Source: an uncultured Gemmatimonadales bacterium (GTDB taxonomy: Bacteria > Gemmatimonadota > Gemmatimonadetes > Longimicrobiales > RSA9). Taken from it: DNA of 64,000 nt. Below the pieces are notes generated by a model. That model had not been told where the DNA came from and searched no databases. It worked only from the letters and a program-made list of their open reading frames with translations. Positions 18,834-27,845 of the stretch are shown here, piece after piece. Location: the NCBI GenBank assembly GCA_963816355.1, contig CAWFKH010000001.1:256001-320000 (forward strand), read 5' to 3'. A program made the position numbers and the translations under genes. Numbering within the stretch: position 1 is the stretch's first letter; the number at the start of each line of letters is the position of its first letter.

Positions 18834-19811
18834 CTAAAGATCACCGTGTTCGCGGTACCAGCGTACCGTCTGCTCGAGTCCATCGCGCAACGTGTAACGC
18901 GGCTCCCACCCGAGCTGATCGCGCGCCCGCCCGGTTTCGCAGAGCCACCCTTCGGCCAACAGCTCACGTGCCTTGTCCCGGTTGAAGATCGAGGCACGAC
19001 CAACCCACCCCGACGCCGCTTCGACCGCCGCGGCCGAGCCTCGCACCGCCCACGCCGGAAGGCGCACCCGGCGGACGCGGCGGCCCACCACCTCCGCGAT
19101 CATCTCCGCCACCTCCGCCCAGCGATACGCGCGGGGCTCCGCGACCTGATAGATCCCCGCCACCGCGTCGGCGCTGCACGCCCGCACGATCGAGCGCGCG
19201 AGGTCTTCCACATGCACCAGCTGAACCCATCGGTCCGGCCCGGCCGGCATGGGCAGGATACCGCGCCGCGCGAGGCGGAAATAGATCAACAGGTCGCGAT
19301 CGCCGGGACCGTACACGGCGGGCGCCCGGATCACGGCCCGCTCCGGCGGCGCCACGGCGCCGAGCACCGCCCGCTCGGCTTCGAGCTTCGTCCGGCCGTA
19401 CGCCGTTATCGGCCGCGCGGGATCGTCCTCCGCGACCGGCCGGCCGCCCGACGACGGCCCCGCCGCCGCCATGGTGCTCATGTGGACGAGTCGTCGCGGC
19501 CCCCGTTCCGCAACCTGCGCCGCGCGCAGGAGGTTCCGCGTCGCCGTGACGTTCGCCGCCGCATACTCCCGCTCGGAGCGCGCCCGCGTCGCGGCCGCCA
19601 GGTGGACCACAACGCCGGTGTCCGCGAGGGCCGCAGCGATCGACGCCGGATCGGCGAAGGACCCCGCGCGTCGCGCGACTCCGAGGCGGTCCAGCTCCGT
19701 CACCGACGTCGCTTCACGCGTGAACGCGACCGGATCGATGCCGGCTCGCTTCAACTCCGCTACCAGATTGCGGCCGACGAAACCGGTCGCACCGGTGACG
19801 AGCGCCCTCAG
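18834..19811 (-). CDS. NAD-dependent epimerase/dehydratase, ceramide reductase (CerR)-like
   Basis: Frame extends upstream of the track's start to (C)TG-RALVTGATGFVG; YGRTK catalytic motif, VYGPGD. Confidence 0.8.
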   Translation of the reverse strand: MRALVTGATGFVGRNLVAELKRAGIDPVAFTREATSVTELDRLGVARRAGSFADPASIAAALADTGVVVHLAAATRARSEREYAAANVTATRNLLRAAQVAERGPRRLVHMSTMAAAGPSSGGRPVAEDDPARPITAYGRTKLEAERAVLGAVAPPERAVIRAPAVYGPGDRDLLIYFRLARRGILPMPAGPDRWVQLVHVEDLARSIVRACSADAVAGIYQVAEPRAYRWAEVAEMIAEVVGRRVRRVRLPAWAVRGSAAAVEAASGWVGRASIFNRDKARELLAEGWLCETGRARDQLGWEPRYTLRDGLEQTVRWYREHGDL

Positions 19812-19858
19812 GAGCCCACCCTCGGCGCGGCGTCGCGGAGGGGGCGCAACAGGTCCAT
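19808..19858 (-). other. Putative leaderless 16-codon uORF (MDLLRPLRDAAPRVGS) overlapping the cerR start
   Basis: TTGATC-N17-TAGCTT-7nt-ATG; its TGA overlaps the cerR CTG start (CTGA). Confidence 0.45.
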
Positions 19859-19890
19859 TCCGCGAAAGCTACCGCACGCCCGGTACGGGA

Positions 19891-21282
19891 TCAAGGCGAG
19901 TGGCCGTGCGGCCGCCCGTCGGGGTCGCTCGCGCGGCGCGTCCGGGCGGCGCCGAGGGTGCGCGAGATCTCCTGCTCCAGTACGTCCAGCGCATGGTCGA
20001 GTTGCGCGCGGGCGATGCCGAGCGGGGGCGTGATCGCGACGACGTCGGCCGCCGGACCCTCCGTGAGCAGGATGATGCCGCGCCGCAGGCAACGCTCGAC
20101 GACCTCCGCCGCGACGGCGGCGGGTGCTGCTCCGTCCACGGAGGCGGGGACGCGAAATCCGCGCAGCAGCCCGATGCCGCGGACCGATCGCGCGGGGAGC
20201 CCGTGACGCTCCGCGAGGCGCAGGAGGCGTCGCTCCACGCGCGCGCCGAGGCGCTCGGCGCGGCGGACGAGGCCGCGCCGCCCGATCACCTCGAGCTGCG
20301 CGAGGGCGGCGGCGCAGGCGATCGGGTTGCCCAGGAACGTGCTCGTGTGCAGCGCCTCGCCGCGCCACGCCGGCCACGCCGCCATCACCTCCGGCGTGCC
20401 GAGCGCTACGCTGAGCGGCAGGGCCCCCGACAGCGCTTTCCCCGCCACCAGCAGGTCCGGGACGACGCCCGTGTGCTCGCACGCGAACCAGCGACCCGTC
20501 CGGCCGAAGCCGGTGTAGATCTCGTCGAAGACGAGGATGGCACCGCGCTCGGTGCATAGCGCGCGCAGCGCCGGCAGGAACGTCAATGGCGGGACGACGA
20601 GGCCGCCGCGGCCGAGCACGGGCTCGACGATCACGGTGCCCGCGCCCTCGTCCAGGGCGCGCGCCACGGTGGTGAGCGCCGCCGCGGCGTCGCCGTCCGC
20701 GGCGTCGGGGTAGGGCGCGAAACGGACGTCGTGGAAGAGCTGCGCCTGGAACGGCTGGCGGAACTCCGCGCGGCCGGTCACGGCGAGGGCGCCGTAAGTG
20801 AGGCCGTGATACGAGCCCTCGAACGCGACGATGCCGGGACGGCCGCTCGCGAGCAGCGCGGTCTTGAGCGCCGCCTCGACGGCCTCGGCGCCGGCGCTTG
20901 CGAGGAGTCCCACGGAGAGCGGACCGGGCGCGATGTCCGCGAGCCGCTCGAGCAGGCGCAGCTTCGGCTCGTTCGGGTGCACGTCGCCCAGACCGTGGGC
21001 GAGGCGCCGTGCCTGCGCCGCGATCGCGCGCGCCACGTGCGGCTCCGAGTGGCCCGCGGCCGCGACCCCGAATCCGGCGGTCAGATCGATGTAGACATTG
21101 CCGTCGACGTCGCGTACGTTCGCGCCCCGAGCGGCGTGCCAAAAGATCGGCGGCGACTCGACGCCGGGGGCGATGTTGCGCGATTCGACCCGCCGCATCC
21201 GGCCTGCGAGTGCGCGCGAGCGCGGACCGGGAACCTCGGTGCGCAGGCGAGGCAGACCGCGGCCGGGCTTCTCGCGCTTCAC
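19891..21282 (-). CDS. Class III aminotransferase (4-aminobutyrate aminotransferase-like)
   Basis: PGP.S, DVDGN.YID, GAEAVEAALK, F.GSYHG, DEIYTGFGRTG, GKAL.G, STF.GNP. Confidence 0.9.
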   Translation of the reverse strand: MKREKPGRGLPRLRTEVPGPRSRALAGRMRRVESRNIAPGVESPPIFWHAARGANVRDVDGNVYIDLTAGFGVAAAGHSEPHVARAIAAQARRLAHGLGDVHPNEPKLRLLERLADIAPGPLSVGLLASAGAEAVEAALKTALLASGRPGIVAFEGSYHGLTYGALAVTGRAEFRQPFQAQLFHDVRFAPYPDAADGDAAAALTTVARALDEGAGTVIVEPVLGRGGLVVPPLTFLPALRALCTERGAILVFDEIYTGFGRTGRWFACEHTGVVPDLLVAGKALSGALPLSVALGTPEVMAAWPAWRGEALHTSTFLGNPIACAAALAQLEVIGRRGLVRRAERLGARVERRLLRLAERHGLPARSVRGIGLLRGFRVPASVDGAAPAAVAAEVVERCLRRGIILLTEGPAADVVAITPPLGIARAQLDHALDVLEQEISRTLGAARTRRASDPDGRPHGHSP

Positions 21283-21342
21283 GAGCGCACGAGCGTTGCG
21301 CCCGCCGGCGGGACGGATGGAGCCGATGAGATCAGCATGGGC

Positions 21343-21822
21343 ATGAATATAGTACCGGGGACTCGCACCGCTCTCTTCGCCGCCGTCGTGGCGTGCGCGG
21401 CGGGGTGTGGCGCGCCGCCCGGCGGCGCCGCTCCTGCCTCCGTTCCGTCGGAGCGGTCCGGACCGTCCGGCGGGGACGCCGTCCCGGAGGCGGAGGGCCC
21501 GCCGGATGCCGCGGCCGCTCCGGAGCGAGGCGCCACGCCGCGCCGCATCTACTATCGCCTGACGGATTTCGCCTGGTACCTGCAGGGCGAGCCGCTGCTC
21601 GCCGACGGGCGGGCGTATGCCGTCGCGGGACCGCCGCTGCGCATCGAAGCGGCCGCTCTGCGCCTGGCGGGGAGCTACCAGGGCGTCGACTACTACCGTG
21701 CCGCCCCGGCCGATTCGGCGACCGTCTACGTTCCGGTCTCGCCGCGCTACTGGGTCCCGTTCAGCGCCGTGCTGACGGGCGGATCCGACGGCGCGGTCCG
21801 CGGCGACGGATCGGTGGAGTGA
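21343..21822 (+). CDS. Hypothetical lipoprotein
   Basis: Lipobox-like AAGC, Pro/Ala linker, small aromatic-rich domain; overlaps next gene. Confidence 0.6.
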   Translation: MNIVPGTRTALFAAVVACAAGCGAPPGGAAPASVPSERSGPSGGDAVPEAEGPPDAAAAPERGATPRRIYYRLTDFAWYLQGEPLLADGRAYAVAGPPLRIEAAALRLAGSYQGVDYYRAAPADSATVYVPVSPRYWVPFSAVLTGGSDGAVRGDGSVE

Positions 21823-22757
21823 GCGAAGAGCGACGTCCGGCCCGCGCGCTGCCAGGCGCGCTGCGCGCCGGCCAGGCGGTCGCGCTCGTCGCACCCGGCG
21901 GACCCGTCTCCGGGCGAAGGATCGCCGCCGCGGAGCGCCGCTGTCGCGCTCTGGGGCTCGAGCCCGTGCTCGGAGGCGCCGTCCACGGGCGGCTCGGCTA
22001 TCTTTCCGGTGAGGACGCGGCGCGCGCCGAGGACCTCGCGCGCGCCGTCGCGGATCCCGCCATCGCGGCGGTGTGGGCGGTGCGAGGCGGCTACGGCGCG
22101 ATGCGCATCTTGGACCGCGTCGACCTGCGGCCGCTGCGTCGCATGCCGAAGCCGTTCATCGGCTTCAGCGACAACACGGCGATCCACCTCGCGCTCGACC
22201 GCCTGGACGTCGTCTCCTACCACGGTCCGCACGCCGGCGCCCAGGAGTTCCCGGCCTGGACCGAGGCGTGTTTCCGGCGCATCCTCTTCGACGGAGGCGG
22301 CGCGGGCGCGCTGCCGGCGGACGACGAGGCCGAGCGTCCCACGACGCTGCGCGAAGGCGTCGCGGAGGGCAGGTTGGCGGGCGGCAACCTCGCGCTGCTC
22401 GCGGCGCTCTGCGGCACGCCCTACGCGCTGCGGGGGCGCGGACGCATCGTGGTGGTGGAGGACGTGGGCGAGCCGGTGTACCGGATCGACCGCATGCTCG
22501 TGCAGCTCGAGCTCGCGGGCTGCTTCGACGGCGCCGCGGGCCTGGCGTTCGGCCAGTTCACCGAGGTCGACACCCGCGCGGACGAGCGTCCCCTCGGCGA
22601 CGTGCTGCGTGAACGCGCGAGCGCGATCGGCGTACCGGCGGTGGCGGGACTGCCGATCGGGCACGGCGCACGGAGCTGGACGTTGCCGCTCGGCGTCCGC
22701 GTTCGCCTGGACGCCGACGCCCGCACGCTCGAGCTGCTCGAGCCGTCGACCGCGTGA
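21819..22757 (+). CDS. LD-carboxypeptidase (S66 family)
   Basis: RGGYG, GFSDNT, GGNL, EDVGE, GHG motifs. Confidence 0.92.
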   Translation: MSEERRPARALPGALRAGQAVALVAPGGPVSGRRIAAAERRCRALGLEPVLGGAVHGRLGYLSGEDAARAEDLARAVADPAIAAVWAVRGGYGAMRILDRVDLRPLRRMPKPFIGFSDNTAIHLALDRLDVVSYHGPHAGAQEFPAWTEACFRRILFDGGGAGALPADDEAERPTTLREGVAEGRLAGGNLALLAALCGTPYALRGRGRIVVVEDVGEPVYRIDRMLVQLELAGCFDGAAGLAFGQFTEVDTRADERPLGDVLRERASAIGVPAVAGLPIGHGARSWTLPLGVRVRLDADARTLELLEPSTA

Positions 22758-22777
22758 AAGCGAAGGAGGCGCGCTTC

Positions 22778-23365
22778 ATGGCACGCATCTACACGAGGAC
22801 CGGCGACGCCGGCGAGACCGGACTCTTCGGCGGCGGCCGCGTTTCGAAGGCGGACGCACGCGTCGCGGCGTACGGCGGCGTCGACGAGCTGAACGCGGCG
22901 CTCGGCTGCGTGCTCGCGCTGGGGCCGGACGACGACGTCGCGCGCCTGATCGGCGCCGCGCAGGCCCAGCTTTTCGCGCTCGGCGCGCACCTCGCGACGC
23001 CGCCCCGCCCGCGTGGACGGTCGCCGGCGCTGCCGCCGCTCCCTACTGCGGCGGTCGGCGAGATGGAAGCGGCGATCGACCGGCTGGAGGCGGAGCTGCC
23101 GCCGCTGCGGAGCTTCATCCTGCCCGGCGGATCCGCCGCGGGCGCCGCGCTGCACTTCGCGCGTACCGTCTGCAGACGCGCCGAGCGGGGCGTCGTCGCG
23201 CTCGCCGCGGCGGGGACGGTGGACGCCTCGGTCCTCGCCTACCTCAACCGGTTCTCCGATCTGCTGTTCGTCCTCGCCCGGGTCGTGAACCACCGCGCGG
23301 GCGTGCCGGAGCCGACGTGGAGCGGGTCGGCGGAAGGGGACGGGACCGCGGTCGAGCGACGCTGA
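22778..23365 (+). CDS. Cob(I)alamin adenosyltransferase (PduO type)
   Basis: [40 protein letters not shown]. Confidence 0.93.
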   Translation: MARIYTRTGDAGETGLFGGGRVSKADARVAAYGGVDELNAALGCVLALGPDDDVARLIGAAQAQLFALGAHLATPPRPRGRSPALPPLPTAAVGEMEAAIDRLEAELPPLRSFILPGGSAAGAALHFARTVCRRAERGVVALAAAGTVDASVLAYLNRFSDLLFVLARVVNHRAGVPEPTWSGSAEGDGTAVERR

Positions 23366-23505
23366 ACCCCCTCTCGCGACCCGCCGCCGGGAAGGGCCCA
23401 GGGGCTCTTGCGAGGCAAAGGGCCCGCGTGCACTATGCAAGCCGAAACCGGTCCGGGGTTGGGTGGGGACCGGCTCGAAGCGATAGGAAGTGGCCGGAGG
23501 AGCCA

Positions 23506-23739
23506 ATGCCATACGTGATCGCCGAACCGTGCATCGGGACCAAGGACGCGAGCTGCGTCGAGGTCTGTCCGGTCGATTGCATATATGAAGGGGAGGACCA
23601 GTACTACATCCATCCGGACGAGTGCATCGACTGCGGCGCGTGCGAGCCGGAGTGCCCGGTCACCGCGATCTTTCCGGATACCGACGTGCCGCCCGAATGG
23701 ACCGACTACATCGAGAAGAACCGGGTGCACTTCGAGTAG
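23506..23739 (+). CDS. Ferredoxin (FdxA-like dicluster)
   Basis: C..VCPVDCI and [12 protein letters not shown]. Confidence 0.93.
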   Translation: MPYVIAEPCIGTKDASCVEVCPVDCIYEGEDQYYIHPDECIDCGACEPECPVTAIFPDTDVPPEWTDYIEKNRVHFE

Positions 23740-23778
23740 GCGCGGGGTCGCCGCCAGCGGCGGCGATCGCGCGTGCAC

Positions 23779-23810
23779 GGGGGGCGACGCGGATTCGCGC
23801 GTCGCCCCCC
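23779..23810. terminator. Hairpin between convergent genes
   Basis: GGGGGGCGACGCG-N6-CGCGTCGCCCCCC perfect 13-bp stem. Confidence 0.65.
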
Positions 23811-23899
23811 GCTCGCTTCGACGTGCCCGCGACGGCGGCGGCTGCCGCTATGGGAATCCGCCGAGCCGTCGTGAAGCGGCTCGACCGGCACCGTCCGGA

Positions 23900-24130
23900 T
23901 CAGAGGCCGGCGGCCCGGATCGCGTCGAGCTCGAGCGCGGGCGGAGCGCCGTCGGCCGGCGTCGTGGGCGCGATGTCGAGACCGGACTGCTCGTGGCGCG
24001 AACGCCCGATCAGGACGCTTGCGGCGACGGCGCCGGCAGCGACGAACGCGAGCCCGAGGGTGCGAACGACGACGCCGCTCCTCCGAACGGTTCCTGCCAG
24101 GTCGGGCACTTTCTCCAGCTTGCGGGACAT
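23900..24130 (-). CDS. Small single-TM hypothetical protein
   Basis: 76 aa with one hydrophobic helix, ending LDAIRAAGL. Confidence 0.45.
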   Translation of the reverse strand: MSRKLEKVPDLAGTVRRSGVVVRTLGLAFVAAGAVAASVLIGRSRHEQSGLDIAPTTPADGAPPALELDAIRAAGL

Positions 24131-24288
24131 CTCGGCCAATCTCAGCTTCTGCGGTGAATCGGGGAGCGACTCGAAGAGCGCCGTCCATAGAACGAACGAG
24201 CACCCTCGATGTTGACTATTCCTTCCACGGGCAAAGCGTTCCGCGCCCCGCCCGATCGTTCGCGATCGGGCCTCGACGAGCCGTGACC

Positions 24289-25932
24289 ATGGCCCTGACA
24301 CCGAGCCATTCCGCAGGGTCCGCGCAGCGGCAGATAGCAAGTCTCGTGCTCACCGGCGGACGCGTGTGGACGGGGGTGCCGCAGGCGCCTTTCGCGCGCG
24401 CCGTCGCCGTCCTCGGCGGCCGCATCGCCTGCGTGGGCGGCGACGCGGAAGTGCAGCCGTACGTCGGCCCCGGCACGCGCGTCGTGCCGCTCGCGGGACG
24501 CCTGCTGATCCCCGGCTTCTTCGACAGCCACACGCATTTCGTGGATGGCGGCTTCCAGCTCGGCAGGGTCGATCTGCGGGACGTCGACTCCCCCCAGGCG
24601 CTCGCCCGCCGGCTCGCGGAGCGCGCCGCGCGCGTCGCTCCCGGCGAGTGGATCCTCGGCAGCGGCTGGGACGAGCAGCGGTGGGAGGGTGCTGCGCTTC
24701 CGCACCATGCGTTGCTCGATTCCGTTACACCGCGGAATCCGGCTTTCGTTACACGTCTCGACCTGCACATGGGCGTTGCCAACCGCGCGGCGCTCGAGCT
24801 GGCGGGCATCGGCCGTGAGACCGCCGATCCGGAGGGCGGTCGCATCGTCCGCGACGCCGCCACCGGCGAGGCGACCGGGGTGCTGAAGGACGAGGCGATG
24901 GGGCTGGTCTGGCGCGTCGTCCCGGAGCCGGATGCGGACGCGTACGACGCGGCGCTGCGGCGCGCGCAGGCGCACGCGCTCTCGCTCGGCGTGACCCACG
25001 TCACCAACATGGGGACGTGGACCCACCTCGACGCGTTCCGGCGCGCCCGCGCCGAGGGGCTGCTGGGGGTGCGCGCGCGGGCGTTCGTCCAGATCGCGGA
25101 TCACGAGCGGCTGGGAGCCTTCGTCGCGGAGCACGGGCGCGGCGACGCGCGGCTCGGCTGGGGCGGCGTGAAGGCGTTCGTCGACGGCTCGCTCGGGTCC
25201 CGCACCGCGTGGTTCCGCGAGACGTACAGCGACGCGCCGACGGAGCGCGGCCTGCAGGTGACGGATCTGGAGGCGCTGCAAGCGCGCATCGTCTCGGCCG
25301 ACGCGGCGCACCTCCAGGTCGCGGCGCACGCGATCGGCGACGCTGCGAACGATTGGATCCTGGACGCATTCGCCGCCGCGGCCCGCGAGAACGGCGCGCG
25401 CGATCGTCGATTCCGCGTGGAGCACGCCCAGCACCTGGGCGAGGAGGCCGTCTCGCGCTTCGCCGCGCAGGGCGTGCTCGCGTCGATGCAGCCGTACCAC
25501 GCGAGCGAGGATGGATGCTGGGCGGAGCGGCGCATCGGCGCGGCCCGCGCCGGCGGGTGCTACCGTTTCCGCTCGCTGCTGGACTCCGGCGCGAGGCTGC
25601 TCTTCGGAAGCGACTGGACGGTCGCGCCGCTCGATCCCATCGCGGGAATCCACGCCGCCGTGACGCGGCGCACGCTCGACGGCGCCCATCCGGACGGGTG
25701 GGTGCCCGCGGAGAGGATCTCGCTCGACGAGGCGCTCCGCGCCTACACCGCCGACGCCGCCTACGGCGCGTTCGCCGAGGACGTGCTGGGGACGATCGAA
25801 CGGGGCAAGCTCGCGGACCTGGTGGTGCTGTCGACCGACCCGTTCATGTTCGAGGCGGCGCGCATCCGCGAAGTCCGTGTGGATGCGACGATCGTCGACG
25901 GCGACGTCGTATTCGAGCGCTCGAAGGAGTGA
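24289..25932 (+). CDS. Amidohydrolase 3 family (YtcJ-like)
   Basis: PGF.DSH.H, DGSLGSRTA, HAIGD, RVEHAQ, GSDW, GKLADLVVL. Confidence 0.92.
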   Translation: MALTPSHSAGSAQRQIASLVLTGGRVWTGVPQAPFARAVAVLGGRIACVGGDAEVQPYVGPGTRVVPLAGRLLIPGFFDSHTHFVDGGFQLGRVDLRDVDSPQALARRLAERAARVAPGEWILGSGWDEQRWEGAALPHHALLDSVTPRNPAFVTRLDLHMGVANRAALELAGIGRETADPEGGRIVRDAATGEATGVLKDEAMGLVWRVVPEPDADAYDAALRRAQAHALSLGVTHVTNMGTWTHLDAFRRARAEGLLGVRARAFVQIADHERLGAFVAEHGRGDARLGWGGVKAFVDGSLGSRTAWFRETYSDAPTERGLQVTDLEALQARIVSADAAHLQVAAHAIGDAANDWILDAFAAAARENGARDRRFRVEHAQHLGEEAVSRFAAQGVLASMQPYHASEDGCWAERRIGAARAGGCYRFRSLLDSGARLLFGSDWTVAPLDPIAGIHAAVTRRTLDGAHPDGWVPAERISLDEALRAYTADAAYGAFAEDVLGTIERGKLADLVVLSTDPFMFEAARIREVRVDATIVDGDVVFERSKE

Positions 25933-25962
25933 GACGCGAGGAGACGCGCGGACTCGGCGCGG

Positions 25963-26757
25963 CTAGACGGCGGCGCGCAGCACGCGCCCGAAGCGACGCT
26001 CACGCCCGTGGAAGAACGCCACGGCTTCCGCCAGCTCGGCGCCTCCGAAGTCCGGCCACATGCAGTCGGTGAAGAAGAGCTCCGCGTAGGCGCACTCCCA
26101 GAGCAGAAAATCGCTCAGCCGCTGCTCGCCGCCGCTGCGGACCAGCAGATCGACGTCCGGCAAAGGCGCGCGGCTGCCGAGCGCCTCCGCCATCGCCCTC
26201 GCGAACGCCGCCTGACCCGCGCACTCGTCTCCGGACGCCGGGAAAGGCTCCGTGCCGGCGGCCATTGCGCGTGCCGCGGCGGCGATCGCGCCGCGGGCGG
26301 AGTAATCGATCGCGACCCGGAGGTCGAGCCGCTGGCCGCCGGCCGTGGCTGCCTCAGCGGTTCGGATGGCGGCGAGGAGGGCCCCCGGCAGCCGGTCGCG
26401 ACGCCCGATGACGCTGAGCCGCACGCCGTTCTCGCGCAGCGCCTCCGTCTCCGAGCGGAGGTAGCGGCGGAAAAGCCGCAGAAGCGTCCGCACCTCCATC
26501 CGCGGCCGCTCCCAGTTGTCCGACGAGAAGGCGTAGAGGGTGAGGTCGGTGATGCCGAGGCCGGGAGCGGCCTCGACCACGCGCCGCACCGCCTCCGCGC
26601 CGCGCTGGTGTCCGGCGGTACGCCGCAGCCCCCGCGCCTGCGCCCAGCGGCCGTTGCCGTCCATGATCACGCCGACGTGCAGTCGACCGGCCGACCGTAC
26701 CGCCGCGGGGACCCGCGCCCCCGCCGCGCCGGGACCGATCTCTTCCGGGCCCGCCAT
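25963..26757 (-). CDS. uppS: Cis-prenyltransferase (undecaprenyl diphosphate synthase)
   Basis: [30 protein letters not shown]. Confidence 0.93.
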   Translation of the reverse strand: MAGPEEIGPGAAGARVPAAVRSAGRLHVGVIMDGNGRWAQARGLRRTAGHQRGAEAVRRVVEAAPGLGITDLTLYAFSSDNWERPRMEVRTLLRLFRRYLRSETEALRENGVRLSVIGRRDRLPGALLAAIRTAEAATAGGQRLDLRVAIDYSARGAIAAAARAMAAGTEPFPASGDECAGQAAFARAMAEALGSRAPLPDVDLLVRSGGEQRLSDFLLWECAYAELFFTDCMWPDFGGAELAEAVAFFHGRERRFGRVLRAAV

Positions 26758-27143
26758 CACACCTCCCGTACGGCGCGGATCAGCGCCTCCATGTGATCCA
26801 GGTACTGCTCCAGCGCTTCCTGGCCCGCTCGCTCGATCCGGTAGTCCGTACGCGGAAAGCGGCCCTGGAACGACTTGTCGCACCGGATGTAGCCCGCCTC
26901 CTCCAGCTTGCGCGCGTGAACGCTCAGATTGCCGTCGCTCACCGACAGCAGCGCCTTCAGATCGTTGAAGCTCAGACTCTCGTTGACCGCGAGCGCGCTG
27001 ATGATGGCCAGCCGCACCCGCTCGTGGATCAGTCGGTCGAGCTCCGTCGATGCCCCCAGCGCCTCCTGCTCCGGGGACTGCGCGGCGGCCCCACCTTCCT
27101 CCACTGCCCGCTTCCGCCGTGCCGTCGCAGACCGCCTAGCCAC
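26757..27143 (-). CDS. Winged-helix transcriptional regulator (ArsR/MarR-like)
   Basis: [27 protein letters not shown]. Confidence 0.88.
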   Translation of the reverse strand: MARRSATARRKRAVEEGGAAAQSPEQEALGASTELDRLIHERVRLAIISALAVNESLSFNDLKALLSVSDGNLSVHARKLEEAGYIRCDKSFQGRFPRTDYRIERAGQEALEQYLDHMEALIRAVREV

Positions 27144-27771
27144 CGTGCCTCCTCGCGATCAGGATTCCGAAGAAGATGTGCAGCGCGCCGAAACCCACCG
27201 CCATCACCGCATCCCTCGGCAGCGACGGAAAGCCGAGCGCCACCGCGCCCGCACCCATCAACGAAAGCCCCAGAAGCGGCACCGTCCGCACCGAAAACGC
27301 GCCTCCCGTCACCACGCCGGTCCCGTACAGCAGCAGCCAGGCCCCCGGCAGCCGATCCACCAGGCCCGCGCCGAAGAGAACCGGCGTCAGCAGCGCACCC
27401 GCCAGCAGCGGCGGCGCGAAGCTCAGCAGGAACCGCCGCGTCGGCTGCGTCGTCAGCGGCGTGCCCGCCGCCGCCGCCTTCCGCCGCGCCGCCGTCAGGA
27501 CCACCACCACCGCCACCGCCGCCGCGACCAGCCACACCCCCAGCCACCGCAGCGACGTCGGCTGCAGTGCCGCCACCGCCGCCGCCCCCAGCGCCGCAAG
27601 CCCCGTCACCGCGATCCCCCACCCCGGCACGGCCGTGAACGAACCCGCGCGCTCCATCGTCTCGCGGATGAAGCGCAGATTGTCCATCGCACGGTCGTGC
27701 AGCGAGAGTGGCTCCCGCCCCGCGGCCTCGTCGTGGCGCGGTCGTGACCGCGCGTCAGCGGTGCTGTGCAT
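27136..27771 (-). CDS. Integral membrane protein, unknown function
   Basis: A.DNL.FIR.TMER motif followed by ~6 TM and GFG.LHI.FG. Confidence 0.75.
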   Translation of the reverse strand: MHSTADARSRPRHDEAAGREPLSLHDRAMDNLRFIRETMERAGSFTAVPGWGIAVTGLAALGAAAVAALQPTSLRWLGVWLVAAAVAVVVVLTAARRKAAAAGTPLTTQPTRRFLLSFAPPLLAGALLTPVLFGAGLVDRLPGAWLLLYGTGVVTGGAFSVRTVPLLGLSLMGAGAVALGFPSLPRDAVMAVGFGALHIFFGILIARRHGG

Positions 27772-27778
27772 GGGTGGG

Positions 27779-27826
27779 ATGTTAGGGGGGTCTCCTCGTT
27801 TCGTCAAGCTCTTTGCCCCAAAAAGT
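27779..27826 (-). promoter_or_regulatory. Leaderless sigma70 promoter plus putative wHTH operator
   Basis: TTGACG-N17-TAACAT-7nt-ATG; imperfect palindrome CTTT-N7-AAAG at 27811-27825 just upstream of the -35. Confidence 0.6.
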
Positions 27827-27845
27827 GGAAGACGTCGGCGCACGC

